From positions 70,653 to 134,652 of the forward strand of contig JBEKIG010000005.1 of the NCBI GenBank assembly GCA_050011875.1: 64,000 nt of DNA, in the 5' to 3' direction. Source of the stretch: Nitrososphaeria archaeon. GTDB taxonomy: Archaea > Thermoproteota > Nitrososphaeria > JACIWG01. The position numbers and the translations under genes are program-made. Of this stretch, positions 10,356-20,077 are shown one piece after another (the stretch's first letter is position 1; every line of letters starts with the position of its first letter). The notes under the pieces are model-generated. The model saw only the letters and a list, made by a program, of their open reading frames with translations. It did not search any database and had not been told where the DNA came from.

Positions 10356-11542
10356 TGTCGACCTTCGATATTCCGATCGGTCCCCAGCATCCCGCTCTCC
10401 CTGAGCCTCTTCTTTTGAAGTTGGAGGTTGAAGGGGAGGCTGTTGTCGGTGTTAACTTTGATGTTTCCTACATGCATAGGGGGATAGAGAAACTTCTTGA
10501 AACAAGAAGCTACTTCCAAGGGCTGCCATTGATTGAAAGGATCTGTGGAATCTGCAACGCAGCTCACGGCGTCTGCTATACGCTTAACGTGGAAAAGCTG
10601 TATGACAAAGAAATACCGAAGAGAGCCCAGTACCTTAGACTCATCGTCGAAGAATTGAGCAGAATACATAGCCACCTTCTTTGGCTCGGCATCGCAGCCT
10701 ACGAGATAGGGTTCAACACGATGTTCATGTACACTTGGAGAGATCGGGAACATGTTATGGATATGTTAGAATCCATAACTGGCAACAGGATCACGACGGA
10801 GTACAGTCAGATAGGTGGAGTCAGAAGGGATATTCCACCCGAACTTGCCAGTAGGCTTCTAAAGGTGATGGATGTTATAGAAGAACGTACAAAGTACTAC
10901 ATCAGGGTTGCTCTGACAGATCGTGTAATTGCGAAGAGAACGCAGGGGGTGGGTTACCTCTCCACCGCTGATGCGAAGTCGACCTGCTCGGTTGGTCCAA
11001 TAGTTCGCGCCTCAAGTGTGAAGTTCGACGTCCGCGCAAGCGACCCATATGTAGCACATGATGAAGTACCGTTCAACGTGATAACCAGCGATTCATGCGA
11101 CGTATTTGGCAGGGTTGTTGTCAGAGCCAAAGAGCTCCTAGAATGCGTTAACATGATACGCTACGCTGTGCAGCATCTACCTGAGGGGCCGTTCAGAATT
11201 AAGCTACCCATGAAACCAAATGCCGGTGAAGCTCTGACACGTGTCGAGGCACCTAGGGGCGAACTGCTGCACTACACGCTGTCAGATGGCACCCCTAAAC
11301 CGTACAGGTACAAGGTCAGGACCCCCACCTTAGCTAACTTGGGAGCGTTAAGGGTGATGCTCACCTCTAAGGGAAGATATGTCGTGAACATCGGTGACAT
11401 TCCGATAATATATGGAGCGCTCGATCCCTGCATATGTTGCACGGCAAGGGTTAATTTCGTTGATGTAAAAAAGGGAAAGAGCTGGATTTGGTCTCTGGAT
11501 GAAATCAGAGAAATGTCTAGGAGAGGTGGACTACTTAAATGA
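10355..11542 (+). CDS. Group 4 [NiFe]-hydrogenase large subunit (NuoD-like)
   Basis: GPQHP; L1 RICGIC and L2 DPCICC with all four metal-binding Cys; C-terminal extension after TAR. Confidence 0.92.
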   Translation: MSTFDIPIGPQHPALPEPLLLKLEVEGEAVVGVNFDVSYMHRGIEKLLETRSYFQGLPLIERICGICNAAHGVCYTLNVEKLYDKEIPKRAQYLRLIVEELSRIHSHLLWLGIAAYEIGFNTMFMYTWRDREHVMDMLESITGNRITTEYSQIGGVRRDIPPELASRLLKVMDVIEERTKYYIRVALTDRVIAKRTQGVGYLSTADAKSTCSVGPIVRASSVKFDVRASDPYVAHDEVPFNVITSDSCDVFGRVVVRAKELLECVNMIRYAVQHLPEGPFRIKLPMKPNAGEALTRVEAPRGELLHYTLSDGTPKPYRYKVRTPTLANLGALRVMLTSKGRYVVNIGDIPIIYGALDPCICCTARVNFVDVKKGKSWIWSLDEIREMSRRGGLLK

Positions 11543-12513
11543 GCTTGGAAGGGTACATTATTGAAACGCTTAGAGCCGTCATCTTTCCAGGATTCCTTTT
11601 CATGTTCTTTTTGGCCCTTTTCTACGAATGGTTTGATAGAAAGTTCTATGCGCGTTTGCAGAACAGGGTTGGTCCTCTTTACACAGGTTACTCGGGCATT
11701 CTTCAGCCTTTTGCGGACTTTGTGAAGCTGCTCTCCAAAGAAGATATCGTTCCACAAAAAGTTGACAGGTTCCTATTTACGATGACCCCCCTTTTCTCCC
11801 TGACATTAACCATCTTTGCGTGTCTACTTCTGCCAATCTCATCAGGTAGTGGAATTGTCTCATTCAATGGTGATGCGATCATTTCCATTACGATCCTAAC
11901 TTTCATATGCATAACCGTCTTTTTCGCAGGAATCTGCTCGTACAATCGCTTTGCAATAATTGGCGCTGAGCGTTCATTTCTTCAGCTAATAGGGTATGAA
12001 ATTCCACTGATGCTTTCTGTTGTAGGTGTCGCTTTGACTGCTAAGGTGTTATCCCTCTCAAGTATCGTGTCTTCGCAAGAAAATCTATGGCATATATTTG
12101 GCCCTCAGGCACTCGGATTCGTTGTTTTCATCGTCGCAGCTCAGGCTGAGCTAGAACGCATTCCTTTCGACCTTCCTGAGGCTGAGCAGGAAATCATCGC
12201 GGGATGGAACGTAGACTATACTGGAAGAAGGTTAGCTATGTTTAGGCTCGCTAGGGACATTGAGCTAGTGTTCCTATGTGGGCTTGGGGCAACCCTCTTC
12301 CTCGGAGGACCCTTAGGCCCAGTGATCGAAGGATATTCTACCGTATTTTATACGGTGTACTTTGTAATCAAATCACTATTCATTTTAGCTATTTTAACAG
12401 TTGTCAGGGCTCTATTTGGTCGTCTGAGGATAGATCAGGTCGTCGGCTTCTCCTGGAAGTACATTTTACCGCTGGCATTACTGCAGTTTATTGTTGTGAG
12501 GTTGTTGCTTTAA
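11539..12513 (+). CDS. NuoH-like membrane subunit
   Basis: RKFYARLQNRVGP, QPFADFVKLLSKE and PFDLPEAEQE motifs. Confidence 0.93.
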   Translation: MSLEGYIIETLRAVIFPGFLFMFFLALFYEWFDRKFYARLQNRVGPLYTGYSGILQPFADFVKLLSKEDIVPQKVDRFLFTMTPLFSLTLTIFACLLLPISSGSGIVSFNGDAIISITILTFICITVFFAGICSYNRFAIIGAERSFLQLIGYEIPLMLSVVGVALTAKVLSLSSIVSSQENLWHIFGPQALGFVVFIVAAQAELERIPFDLPEAEQEIIAGWNVDYTGRRLAMFRLARDIELVFLCGLGATLFLGGPLGPVIEGYSTVFYTVYFVIKSLFILAILTVVRALFGRLRIDQVVGFSWKYILPLALLQFIVVRLLL

Positions 12514-12848
12514 TGTCTATGCTGGGTGAAATATTAAGAAACCTGTTCAAGCCGAGGGCTACGGTCCTTTATCCTGAAGAAAAAGATAAGGTTCATCTCC
12601 CGGCAGGTTACAGAGGAAAACTTGAATTCTACCGTGAAAAGTGTATTGGTTGCACGCTCTGCTATCAGGTTTGTCCCTCGCTTGTAATTGAAATGGTAAC
12701 GGATCAAAAGGGTAAAAGGCCTGTTTTTGATATTTCAAGATGCACTTATTGCGCTCAATGTGAAGACATTTGCCCTACGAAGGCGATTCATCTGACAGAT
12801 CAGTATGAGGTGATTGCCTTAGATAGGAAGGATATGGTGGTGAAATAG
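12513..12848 (+). CDS. NuoI-like 2x[4Fe-4S] ferredoxin subunit
   Basis: ATG overlaps nuoH stop (TAATG); CIGCTLCYQVCP and CTYCAQCEDICP. Confidence 0.9.
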   Translation: MSMLGEILRNLFKPRATVLYPEEKDKVHLPAGYRGKLEFYREKCIGCTLCYQVCPSLVIEMVTDQKGKRPVFDISRCTYCAQCEDICPTKAIHLTDQYEVIALDRKDMVVK

Positions 12849-12849
12849 T

Positions 12850-13095
12850 TTGGAGGTAATCTTTCAGGTTTTATTCGGAATTCTCGCCCTGTTTATCGCC
12901 GCATTAGCTATCGAATCGAAGGATATTGTGCGTTCAATACTTTACTTCCTCCTATTCAGCGTCGTCATAGGCGTAATAATATTCATGCTTGGAGCTCCCT
13001 ACGTAGCAGTCTTCCAGCTTATGGTGTACGCGGGAGGCGTTTCAGTGCTGTTCCTCGCGACCCTGCACACTATAGGAGGTAGGATAAAGAAATGA
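12850..13095 (+). CDS. NuoJ N-terminal half-like membrane subunit
   Basis: QLMVYAGGV motif of NuoJ. Confidence 0.8.
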   Translation: MEVIFQVLFGILALFIAALAIESKDIVRSILYFLLFSVVIGVIIFMLGAPYVAVFQLMVYAGGVSVLFLATLHTIGGRIKK

Positions 13096-13364
13096 CGTAT
13101 GAAGGCAGGCCGATATACAGGCTCTTCACGATTTTGATGATGGTCTTTGTGTTCGCTGGGCTGTTCTTTGGGCTGATTCAGATCAGGACAGTCGGCACCC
13201 CTATAGTCTGGGATTTTGTGAAAGCACCCTACTTCATCTGGACCTATAGGTTTATCGACGTCATAGCCCAGGGTTTCATCATCTTTGCCACGGTTGCCGC
13301 GATAGCCGCCTTGCTTAGGGAGGAGAAGATCGGCTTTATGGAGGAAGAGGAGGAGGAAGCCTAA
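13092..13364 (+). CDS. NuoJ C-terminal half-like membrane subunit
   Basis: Two TM segments; WTYRFIDVIAQ; lies between nuoJ-N and nuoK. Confidence 0.65.
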   Translation: MTYEGRPIYRLFTILMMVFVFAGLFFGLIQIRTVGTPIVWDFVKAPYFIWTYRFIDVIAQGFIIFATVAAIAALLREEKIGFMEEEEEEA

Positions 13365-13667
13365 ATGTTCACGATCTTAGTTGTGTTCGTGTTCTTTCTC
13401 TTGGGGCTTGCGGTGTACTGTATGGTAACAAAGAAGAATATTATAAAGACACTAATCGGGCTGGAGATCTTTACCTCATCGGTTAACCTTAACTTTGTCG
13501 TAATGGGTGCGACAGAAGGGGGCGTCGATGCCCTAGGTCAGTCTTTCGCGATCATTTCTATAGCTATCGGAGCTTCTGTGGCAGCGGTCGCTTTAGCTCT
13601 TATAATCAACGTCTACCGTCACTATGGGAATGTGGACTGGGATATCGTGAGGCGTTTGAAATGGTAA
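13365..13667 (+). CDS. NuoK/MrpC-like subunit
   Basis: KKNIIKTLIGLEI motif; three TM segments. Confidence 0.85.
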   Translation: MFTILVVFVFFLLGLAVYCMVTKKNIIKTLIGLEIFTSSVNLNFVVMGATEGGVDALGQSFAIISIAIGASVAAVALALIINVYRHYGNVDWDIVRRLKW

Positions 13668-15181
13668 GCCCCGTCCTAACACCGCTTATATTGTTGTTCG
13701 CTTCCGCGTTGGCTGTTCCTTTGGTTTCAAGGCTGGGAACATACATGAAGTTCCCAAAGATAAGGGATATCTTCTCTTTTGCTGCTTTACTGCTTTCCCT
13801 CTACATGATTTCAAGTCTTCTGCCAAGTGTTCCGCTGTCCTACCAGGTGAATGTATTCGGGGGACCATACGGTGTCGAACTCTACGTAAGCACGTTGAGC
13901 GTGTACATCGGGATAATTGCTCTAGTGATGTTGAGTCTGGTGTCGTTCTATTCGATCAAGTACATGGAGGTCGACAACGGCCTAGATAGCTACTACACCC
14001 TTTTGTTGACCTTTGCGGCTGGAATAGTGGGTGTCGTCTTCTCCGGCGACTTCTTCACGCTTTACGTTTTCTGGGAGCTGCTTTCGATCTCCTCCTATTC
14101 CCTTGTCTCTTTCCGTAAGTATAGGTGGCAGGCGGTGGAAGGCGGAATAAAGTACCTTTTTATGGGCACAGTCGGGTCTCTCATTGCCCTCTATGGTATT
14201 TCATTGCTTTACGGGGTGGCAGGTACGCTGAACTTTTCAGCCCTCTCTTCTGTGATATCAACCACCAGCTTAGGCTCAAACATGTCTTTGTATATCATAA
14301 TAGCCACCATATTTGTAGGATTTGGCGTCAGCTCGGCTATCGTGCCCTTCCACACTTGGATACCTGACGCCTATGTCGGGGCTCCAAACTGTGTAGCCTC
14401 ATTATCGACTGTCGCGCTGATAATTTCAGCCTTCAGTATAATAAGAAGCCTGATGGCGGTTTTCAGCCCATTCAGTTTCGACTACGGACTTTTTTTCATA
14501 TTCTTCGGAATTCTGTCACTTACTCTAGGAAACTTTATGGCCATAATGCAGAGGGACGTAAGAAGGCTTCTCGCCTTCTCAAGTGTTTCTAATATGGGTT
14601 ATATTTTTACGGGAGTTGGCATAGGTTCGTATGCTCTCTTCCAATTTGGAACGCAAGGGGTTTACATATTCGAGATAGCTATGGTCGGTGTATTCTTGCA
14701 CATGCTCAACCATGTATTCGGCAAGGGTCTCCTCTTTATGGCAGTGGGCAACTTCAGTCAGTCAACTAAAAGCTACCTCCTAGATAAGCTAGAAGGCATA
14801 GGAAGAAGGATGCCGATAACAGGTCTGGCCGCTTCAATAGGTCTCCTGGGTCTGGCTGGTATACCTCCTTTAAGCGGTTTCTGGAGCAAGCTATTCTTCA
14901 TATCCGCCGCTGGATCAAAGTTATCCGATCCCGTACTCGATGTGACGCTGGTGTTTTTGGTGTTCAATTCAATTTTTGATGCGGCGTACTATATCTGGGT
15001 CTTCCAGAGAATCGCCTTTAAACCGGTAACAGAAAAGAGCCAGAACGCGAAAGAAGTGTCTTATGTGATGTGGCTGCCCATCCTGATTTTGGCTGCTCTA
15101 CTTATCATCGTAACGGTGAGGCTGGACTATTTTACGTCGTTCATCGATGCCGCATTAAGGTCCCTGTTTAAAGGAGCGTGA
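13661..15181 (+). CDS. Antiporter-like subunit (NuoN/MrpD-like)
   Basis: VFWELLS, PFHTWIPDAY and GIPPLSGFWSK motifs. Confidence 0.88.
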   Translation: MVSPVLTPLILLFASALAVPLVSRLGTYMKFPKIRDIFSFAALLLSLYMISSLLPSVPLSYQVNVFGGPYGVELYVSTLSVYIGIIALVMLSLVSFYSIKYMEVDNGLDSYYTLLLTFAAGIVGVVFSGDFFTLYVFWELLSISSYSLVSFRKYRWQAVEGGIKYLFMGTVGSLIALYGISLLYGVAGTLNFSALSSVISTTSLGSNMSLYIIIATIFVGFGVSSAIVPFHTWIPDAYVGAPNCVASLSTVALIISAFSIIRSLMAVFSPFSFDYGLFFIFFGILSLTLGNFMAIMQRDVRRLLAFSSVSNMGYIFTGVGIGSYALFQFGTQGVYIFEIAMVGVFLHMLNHVFGKGLLFMAVGNFSQSTKSYLLDKLEGIGRRMPITGLAASIGLLGLAGIPPLSGFWSKLFFISAAGSKLSDPVLDVTLVFLVFNSIFDAAYYIWVFQRIAFKPVTEKSQNAKEVSYVMWLPILILAALLIIVTVRLDYFTSFIDAALRSLFKGA

Positions 15182-15185
15182 GAGA

Positions 15186-17219
15186 TTGTCCAACACCCTT
15201 ATCTTCGCGTGGCTGGCGTGGGTTTTCCCGTTGGCAGGAGCCGTTCTAACGCCCGTCTTCGCTATGATCGGGAAACGTGTAAGGAACTACATGGCTGTAG
15301 TCTTCTCCTTTCTAGCTGTGGTCTGCACATTATCTCTTGCAGGATTATTCCTTGACAAAAACGTGGTGTGGCCTCTCCAGAGCCAGGTCTCCTGGGTAAC
15401 CGTGCAGGGGTCGCCCATTCTCAGCAAGATCGAGGCAGGGATGTTAGTTGACCCTCTTAGCATTATAATGGCCAATGTTGTTTCCATTATAGCGTTCTTG
15501 ATAATGGTCTACTCGATCGGCTACATGAAGGGCGAAGAGGGGCTTACACGCTACTGGTTCTTCATGAACCTCTTTATCGGCAACATGCTTCTCCTGGTTC
15601 TATCAGATAACCTGATTCAGATGCTGTTCGGCTGGGAGGGGGTTGGCCTCTGCAGCTACGCTCTGATTGGATTCTACTATAAGGACCGGAAATCTGACTG
15701 GTCTAGGTACTGGGTGGGAGAAGGAAACGAAGCCTATTCGCCGTCGCATGCTGGAATGAAGGCTTTCATAGTCACAAGAATCGGTGACCTGCTGCTCTTT
15801 GTAGGCGCTTTCATAATAGTGGCCTTCACTGGAACGCTGAATTTTGTTGAACTGCAGAATGGTGCACTATCTCGTGTGCCACTCTGGGCTCTTGTACCTG
15901 CAGCCCTCTTCCTATTGGGCGGCCCTATTGCGAAAAGCGCTCAGCTTCCTCTTATGGAGTGGCTTCCAGACGCCATGGCTGGGCCTACGCCGGTCAGTGC
16001 GCTGATACACGCGGCTACTATGGTTAATGCGGGTGTGTACTTGGCTGCGAGAATGTTTCCGATTTTCTATTTGTTCGCTTGGTCTACGGGAACCAACACT
16101 CTAACGACGTTTTTCTTATTTATGGCATGGATCGGCGTCGTTACCGCATTCGTTTCCGGCACACAGGCTGCGGTGTCAAGCGAAATCAAGAAGGTCCTCG
16201 CCTACTCGACGGTGGCTCAGATCGGCCTTATGATGCTATCTCTGGGGGTGGCTGGCCTTTCCGTCGACTTTATTACAGGATATGTCGCTTCAGTATTCCA
16301 GCTGGTGACCCATGCGATGTTCAAGGCAGCCCTCTTTTTAGCAGCCGGTTCGGTCATCCACTTAGCGGGCTCTAGGTTCATGAGGGATATGGGTGGTCTG
16401 AAAAAATACATGCCGATAACCTTCTGGAGTATGGCGCTTGCTTCATGCTCGCTAGCAGGTGTTCCAATCTTATTTAGCGGCTTCTGGAGCAAGGATATGA
16501 TCTTGGAGGCTTCGGTGATCTCCGGCCAGTACGTTCTCTTTATTCTAGGGCTCTTCTTGGTCGTCCTTACTTCCTTCTACACCTTTAGAATGGTCGGAAT
16601 GGTGTTCTATGGTGAAAGCAAAGTTAAACAGGAGGATGCTTCAGCTCCTGGGCATCATTTAGGTGAAGCTCCGCCAACGATGTGGGTACCATACGTGGTC
16701 CTGGTGGCCGGAACAATATTTCTGGGAGTGTTTGGATTTTTTGCTGGAAACTGGCTGATTTCTACTTTCGGGTATCTGGTAAGCCTCCTAGGAGGGGGGG
16801 TGACTGTGAGTACTTCTACCGAAGTTTTCATAGGAATACTATCGACTGCGTCTGTAGCAGTAGGTTTTCTGCCCGCTTACATGTTCTACATAAAAAGGTC
16901 TAGGAACGCTGACACATATGTAGAAAAACATGGTCTGGTTTCTTCATTTAGGCGCTTCTTCTTTAACAGGTGGTACATCAACAGGATATACTATCATTTA
17001 ATCGTCTACCCGACGTTGTCCCTGTCAAACTGGCTTTTCTCGAATGTTGAGGTCAATGTCATAGACGGTCTGAACTACTATATTGCAGGAGCTGTGAAAA
17101 ATGTGTCAAACTCTGTTCGCAGATGGCAGACAGGGGACATGAACGATGACCTGATACTTATTCTCGTCGGAATATTCGTCGCGGTCCTAATACTCAGGTT
17201 CTTGGTCTTGGGAAGCTGA
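15186..17219 (+). CDS. nuoL: NuoL-like antiporter subunit
   Basis: GWEGVGLCSY, KSAQLPL, WLPDAMAGPTPVSALIHAATMV; long C-terminal region. Confidence 0.92.
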   Translation: MSNTLIFAWLAWVFPLAGAVLTPVFAMIGKRVRNYMAVVFSFLAVVCTLSLAGLFLDKNVVWPLQSQVSWVTVQGSPILSKIEAGMLVDPLSIIMANVVSIIAFLIMVYSIGYMKGEEGLTRYWFFMNLFIGNMLLLVLSDNLIQMLFGWEGVGLCSYALIGFYYKDRKSDWSRYWVGEGNEAYSPSHAGMKAFIVTRIGDLLLFVGAFIIVAFTGTLNFVELQNGALSRVPLWALVPAALFLLGGPIAKSAQLPLMEWLPDAMAGPTPVSALIHAATMVNAGVYLAARMFPIFYLFAWSTGTNTLTTFFLFMAWIGVVTAFVSGTQAAVSSEIKKVLAYSTVAQIGLMMLSLGVAGLSVDFITGYVASVFQLVTHAMFKAALFLAAGSVIHLAGSRFMRDMGGLKKYMPITFWSMALASCSLAGVPILFSGFWSKDMILEASVISGQYVLFILGLFLVVLTSFYTFRMVGMVFYGESKVKQEDASAPGHHLGEAPPTMWVPYVVLVAGTIFLGVFGFFAGNWLISTFGYLVSLLGGGVTVSTSTEVFIGILSTASVAVGFLPAYMFYIKRSRNADTYVEKHGLVSSFRRFFFNRWYINRIYYHLIVYPTLSLSNWLFSNVEVNVIDGLNYYIAGAVKNVSNSVRRWQTGDMNDDLILILVGIFVAVLILRFLVLGS

Positions 17220-18706
17220 TGGTTTTGATAGCGTATTCCTTGATCCAGATTGTGTTTGTGCCGATTATAGCTTCAATAGCGGTTCTTTTTTTGGGCAGGA
17301 AGCTTAAACATAAGGTAGGTTGGCTTTCTTTTGCTTCACTAGTCTACGTACTCGGCCTTCTGATGATTGATACTCTCAACTTATATGGCACCGGATACGT
17401 CTTAAAGGAATCCTACCAATGGGCTACGCTCATCGGAGACGTCACGTTCGTGCTCGACGGTTTGAACAGTCTTGTTGCCCTTACGATCGTACTGTTAGCT
17501 ACCGTAATATCGGTGTATTCTATAAAGTACATGGAGAATGAGGATAACATAGAAGTCTACAATTCCCTTTATCTAATATACGTGGCAGGCATGGTCGGCA
17601 CGGTCCTATCGACAAATCTTGCTATATTCTTCCTCTTTTTCGAACTGATGCTGATTCCATCCTGGATCTTGGTTGGTGTGTGGGGCACAGGCGACAGGGT
17701 GAAGGTTGCTTTCAAATATTTTATGTACACCGAATTCGGTGCTGTAATACTGCTCGCAGGCATAGGCTCAATATATGCGATAACCGGCACATTCGACATC
17801 TATAAAATAGGAAGCTTAAACAATCTGATTCCTTTGACGTACCTAGTGCCCATCGCGTTAATGATACTTGTGGGGCTCTTTGTGAAGATGGCGATATTTC
17901 CATTTCATACGTGGTTGCCGGACACGCACGCGGAGGCTCCGACGCCCATCAGCGCGCTACTTTCACCCGCTATGATCGGTATAGGCGGATACGCAACGAT
18001 AAAAATAATCTATACCGCCTTTCCGGCTATAGCTTTCGACCAGAGCTTCATGTACCCTCTTCTTCTTCTTTCAGTAATAACAATAGTCTACGGCGGAATG
18101 ATGGCATTCGCGCAGGATGACATGAAGAGGCTGCTTGCCTATTCAAGCATAAGTCAGATGGGGTACATGCTCTTTGGCATAGCGTCCGTCTCAATAATCG
18201 GTGTTACAGGCGCCATTATAATATATATAAGCCACGGGTTAAGTAAGGCTGCACTTTTCATGATATCTGGTGTCTTCACGCACGACCTCAAAACCAGAAA
18301 GATAAGCGAGCTGAAAGGACTTGCTTCAAGAATGCCTGTTATAACCGTGTGCGCTCTACTGGGCTTCCTCGGACTTTCAGGTGTCCCACCTCTTATCGGG
18401 TTCTGGGGTGAAATATTCATATTCATAGGAGCTTTCTATAAAAGTCTAACTCCATACGATCTAATCATGCTCGCAACAGTAATTGCGGGCGTGCTGCTTT
18501 CGATATTGACAGCCGGATACGGGCTTTGGACGGTAAGAAGGATCTTTTACGGGGAACTGCCTGAGAAATACTCCCAGGCTCGCGATCCGAACTGGAAGAT
18601 GCTCTTTCCAATAGTTCTAGTAGTTGTTCTAGCCGTCGTCATAGGCATCTACCCGAATCCGATAATAGATTTGATCTCAGCCATTGTAAAAGGCTTTTTC
18701 GGATAG
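17219..18706 (+). CDS. nuoM: NuoM-like antiporter subunit
   Basis: FFELMLIP, PFHTWLPDTHAEAP and AYSSISQMG motifs. Confidence 0.92.
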   Translation: MVLIAYSLIQIVFVPIIASIAVLFLGRKLKHKVGWLSFASLVYVLGLLMIDTLNLYGTGYVLKESYQWATLIGDVTFVLDGLNSLVALTIVLLATVISVYSIKYMENEDNIEVYNSLYLIYVAGMVGTVLSTNLAIFFLFFELMLIPSWILVGVWGTGDRVKVAFKYFMYTEFGAVILLAGIGSIYAITGTFDIYKIGSLNNLIPLTYLVPIALMILVGLFVKMAIFPFHTWLPDTHAEAPTPISALLSPAMIGIGGYATIKIIYTAFPAIAFDQSFMYPLLLLSVITIVYGGMMAFAQDDMKRLLAYSSISQMGYMLFGIASVSIIGVTGAIIIYISHGLSKAALFMISGVFTHDLKTRKISELKGLASRMPVITVCALLGFLGLSGVPPLIGFWGEIFIFIGAFYKSLTPYDLIMLATVIAGVLLSILTAGYGLWTVRRIFYGELPEKYSQARDPNWKMLFPIVLVVVLAVVIGIYPNPIIDLISAIVKGFFG

Positions 18707-19090
18707 TTCAGAGCACTTTCTCCTGAACATGATTTCCTTTACAATGTATTCTTTTCCCTGGACTATTTCAAGGGACATTTCCTTGCATTTTGGACATTGG
18801 GTGGAAGGCTGATACGTTCCTCTTCTGACAGGATAGAGCTTTCTTCCTCTACCTATGTAGCCACATTTCTTACATGCCATCACTCCACGTACCTTTTTAA
18901 TAAACAACTTCGCATGGTCAGCAACTGTCCCCTTAGATATCAACTTGAAGGTTGCCCTAAAGCTCCTATATTGAAACATTGCGAATTCGCCTAACTCCAG
19001 ATGTATTTCCAGTATTTTTTCCACATCATTTTTCTTGGCCCAATCCTTAAGCATCTCAATCATTGCCGCCAATGAATTATATTCAAACAT
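18677..19090 (-). CDS. hypA: Hydrogenase maturation metallochaperone HypA-like protein (N-terminal MFE rather than MHE)
   Basis: CKKC and CPKC zinc motifs; IVQGKEYIVKEI C-terminus; adjacent to hydrogenase operon. Confidence 0.82.
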   Translation of the reverse strand: MFEYNSLAAMIEMLKDWAKKNDVEKILEIHLELGEFAMFQYRSFRATFKLISKGTVADHAKLFIKKVRGVMACKKCGYIGRGRKLYPVRRGTYQPSTQCPKCKEMSLEIVQGKEYIVKEIMFRRKCSELSEKAFYNG

Positions 19091-19159
19091 GGTGATCAAT
19101 AACTTTAGGTGTAAAACCCTAAAGAAGGTGGAAGCATGGGAGATAAAAGGAAAAGGGAT

Positions 19160-20077
19160 CTACAGCAGACCTTTAGCTACAATGGAATAGGCTGCGTAGA
19201 TTGCTCCTTTAGAGCTGTTAACTATTTCCTCAGAAGTTTGTCCTTCCTGTGGCCTAGCTTCGACAGTTACTGGGCCTTGATATCCTATTTCAATAAGGGC
19301 CTTGAAAAGCAGTGCCAGATCGTTCTCATCGTTTATAGCACCCTTTGTGTGATAGACCGGATGCCAGTCCAGGAGGCCTTGAGGCGTCTGTAACCCGCAC
19401 CCTATGTGAACGACACCCAAGATATCTGAATATTTTTTGACCGCTTCGTAAGTTTCTCCCAGCAGCGGCGCATGACCTTGGTCCCACATCAAGAAAACGT
19501 TGTCACAGCTTTTCCTCACTTCTTTTATAAGCTGTGCGGCTTCTACAATAGGGCCTATTAACTGCTTCTTGTCCTTGTCTATGTCAAATGTTTCTAGGCT
19601 TAAGGACGCATTATATTTTGCTGCGCATTCACCCAGCTCCTTCAAAGATGATACGAGCTGTTCCTTCCCTTTAACTGAATCTTGGGGCATCTGACCTGAG
19701 CATATGGCGAATTCCCGTACGCTATGTTTTGCTTCAACAGCTATCTCGTTCTTCAGGTAATTTACTGTCTCCCTTCTCTTTCCCTCATCAACGGCGCATA
19801 TGCTTCTTGTTCCTGGTAGTAGGTCGGGTTGGAATCCTCTTGCTATGTTCATTCCTGAAGCGTATTTGTTTACCTTCCTCCAACCTTCCTCGCCTATCTT
19901 GCACACTTCGAGCCTATCGAAGAAGTTGTCCTGAGTGATGAACTTTAAACCCTTCTCAAGTTCGTCTTCGCTCTTTTGGAGGGATGGATAGGCCATGAAT
20001 AAGACAACACCAAGTCTCCATGGAAACTTTGAAGAGAAAGCTAAGCCATTTTTTTTGAGCTCTACTGAAAAAACCAT
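19160..20077 (-). CDS. Sugar phosphate isomerase/epimerase family TIM-barrel protein
   Basis: LSLET, DQGH, VHIG and VTVE metal-ligand pattern of the xylose-isomerase-like/AP-endonuclease-2 fold. Confidence 0.75.
   Translation of the reverse strand: MVFSVELKKNGLAFSSKFPWRLGVVLFMAYPSLQKSEDELEKGLKFITQDNFFDRLEVCKIGEEGWRKVNKYASGMNIARGFQPDLLPGTRSICAVDEGKRRETVNYLKNEIAVEAKHSVREFAICSGQMPQDSVKGKEQLVSSLKELGECAAKYNASLSLETFDIDKDKKQLIGPIVEAAQLIKEVRKSCDNVFLMWDQGHAPLLGETYEAVKKYSDILGVVHIGCGLQTPQGLLDWHPVYHTKGAINDENDLALLFKALIEIGYQGPVTVEARPQEGQTSEEIVNSSKGAIYAAYSIVAKGLL

Noticed and set aside
12276-12512. Long N-terminal extension of the NuoI-like ORF
   Set aside because: Overlaps nuoH out of frame; real start is the coupled ATG at 12513
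9128-18706. Calling the operon NADH dehydrogenase (complex I) or the sulfur reductase Mbs
   Set aside because: No NuoEFG, and the large subunit keeps both CxxC Ni-binding motifs
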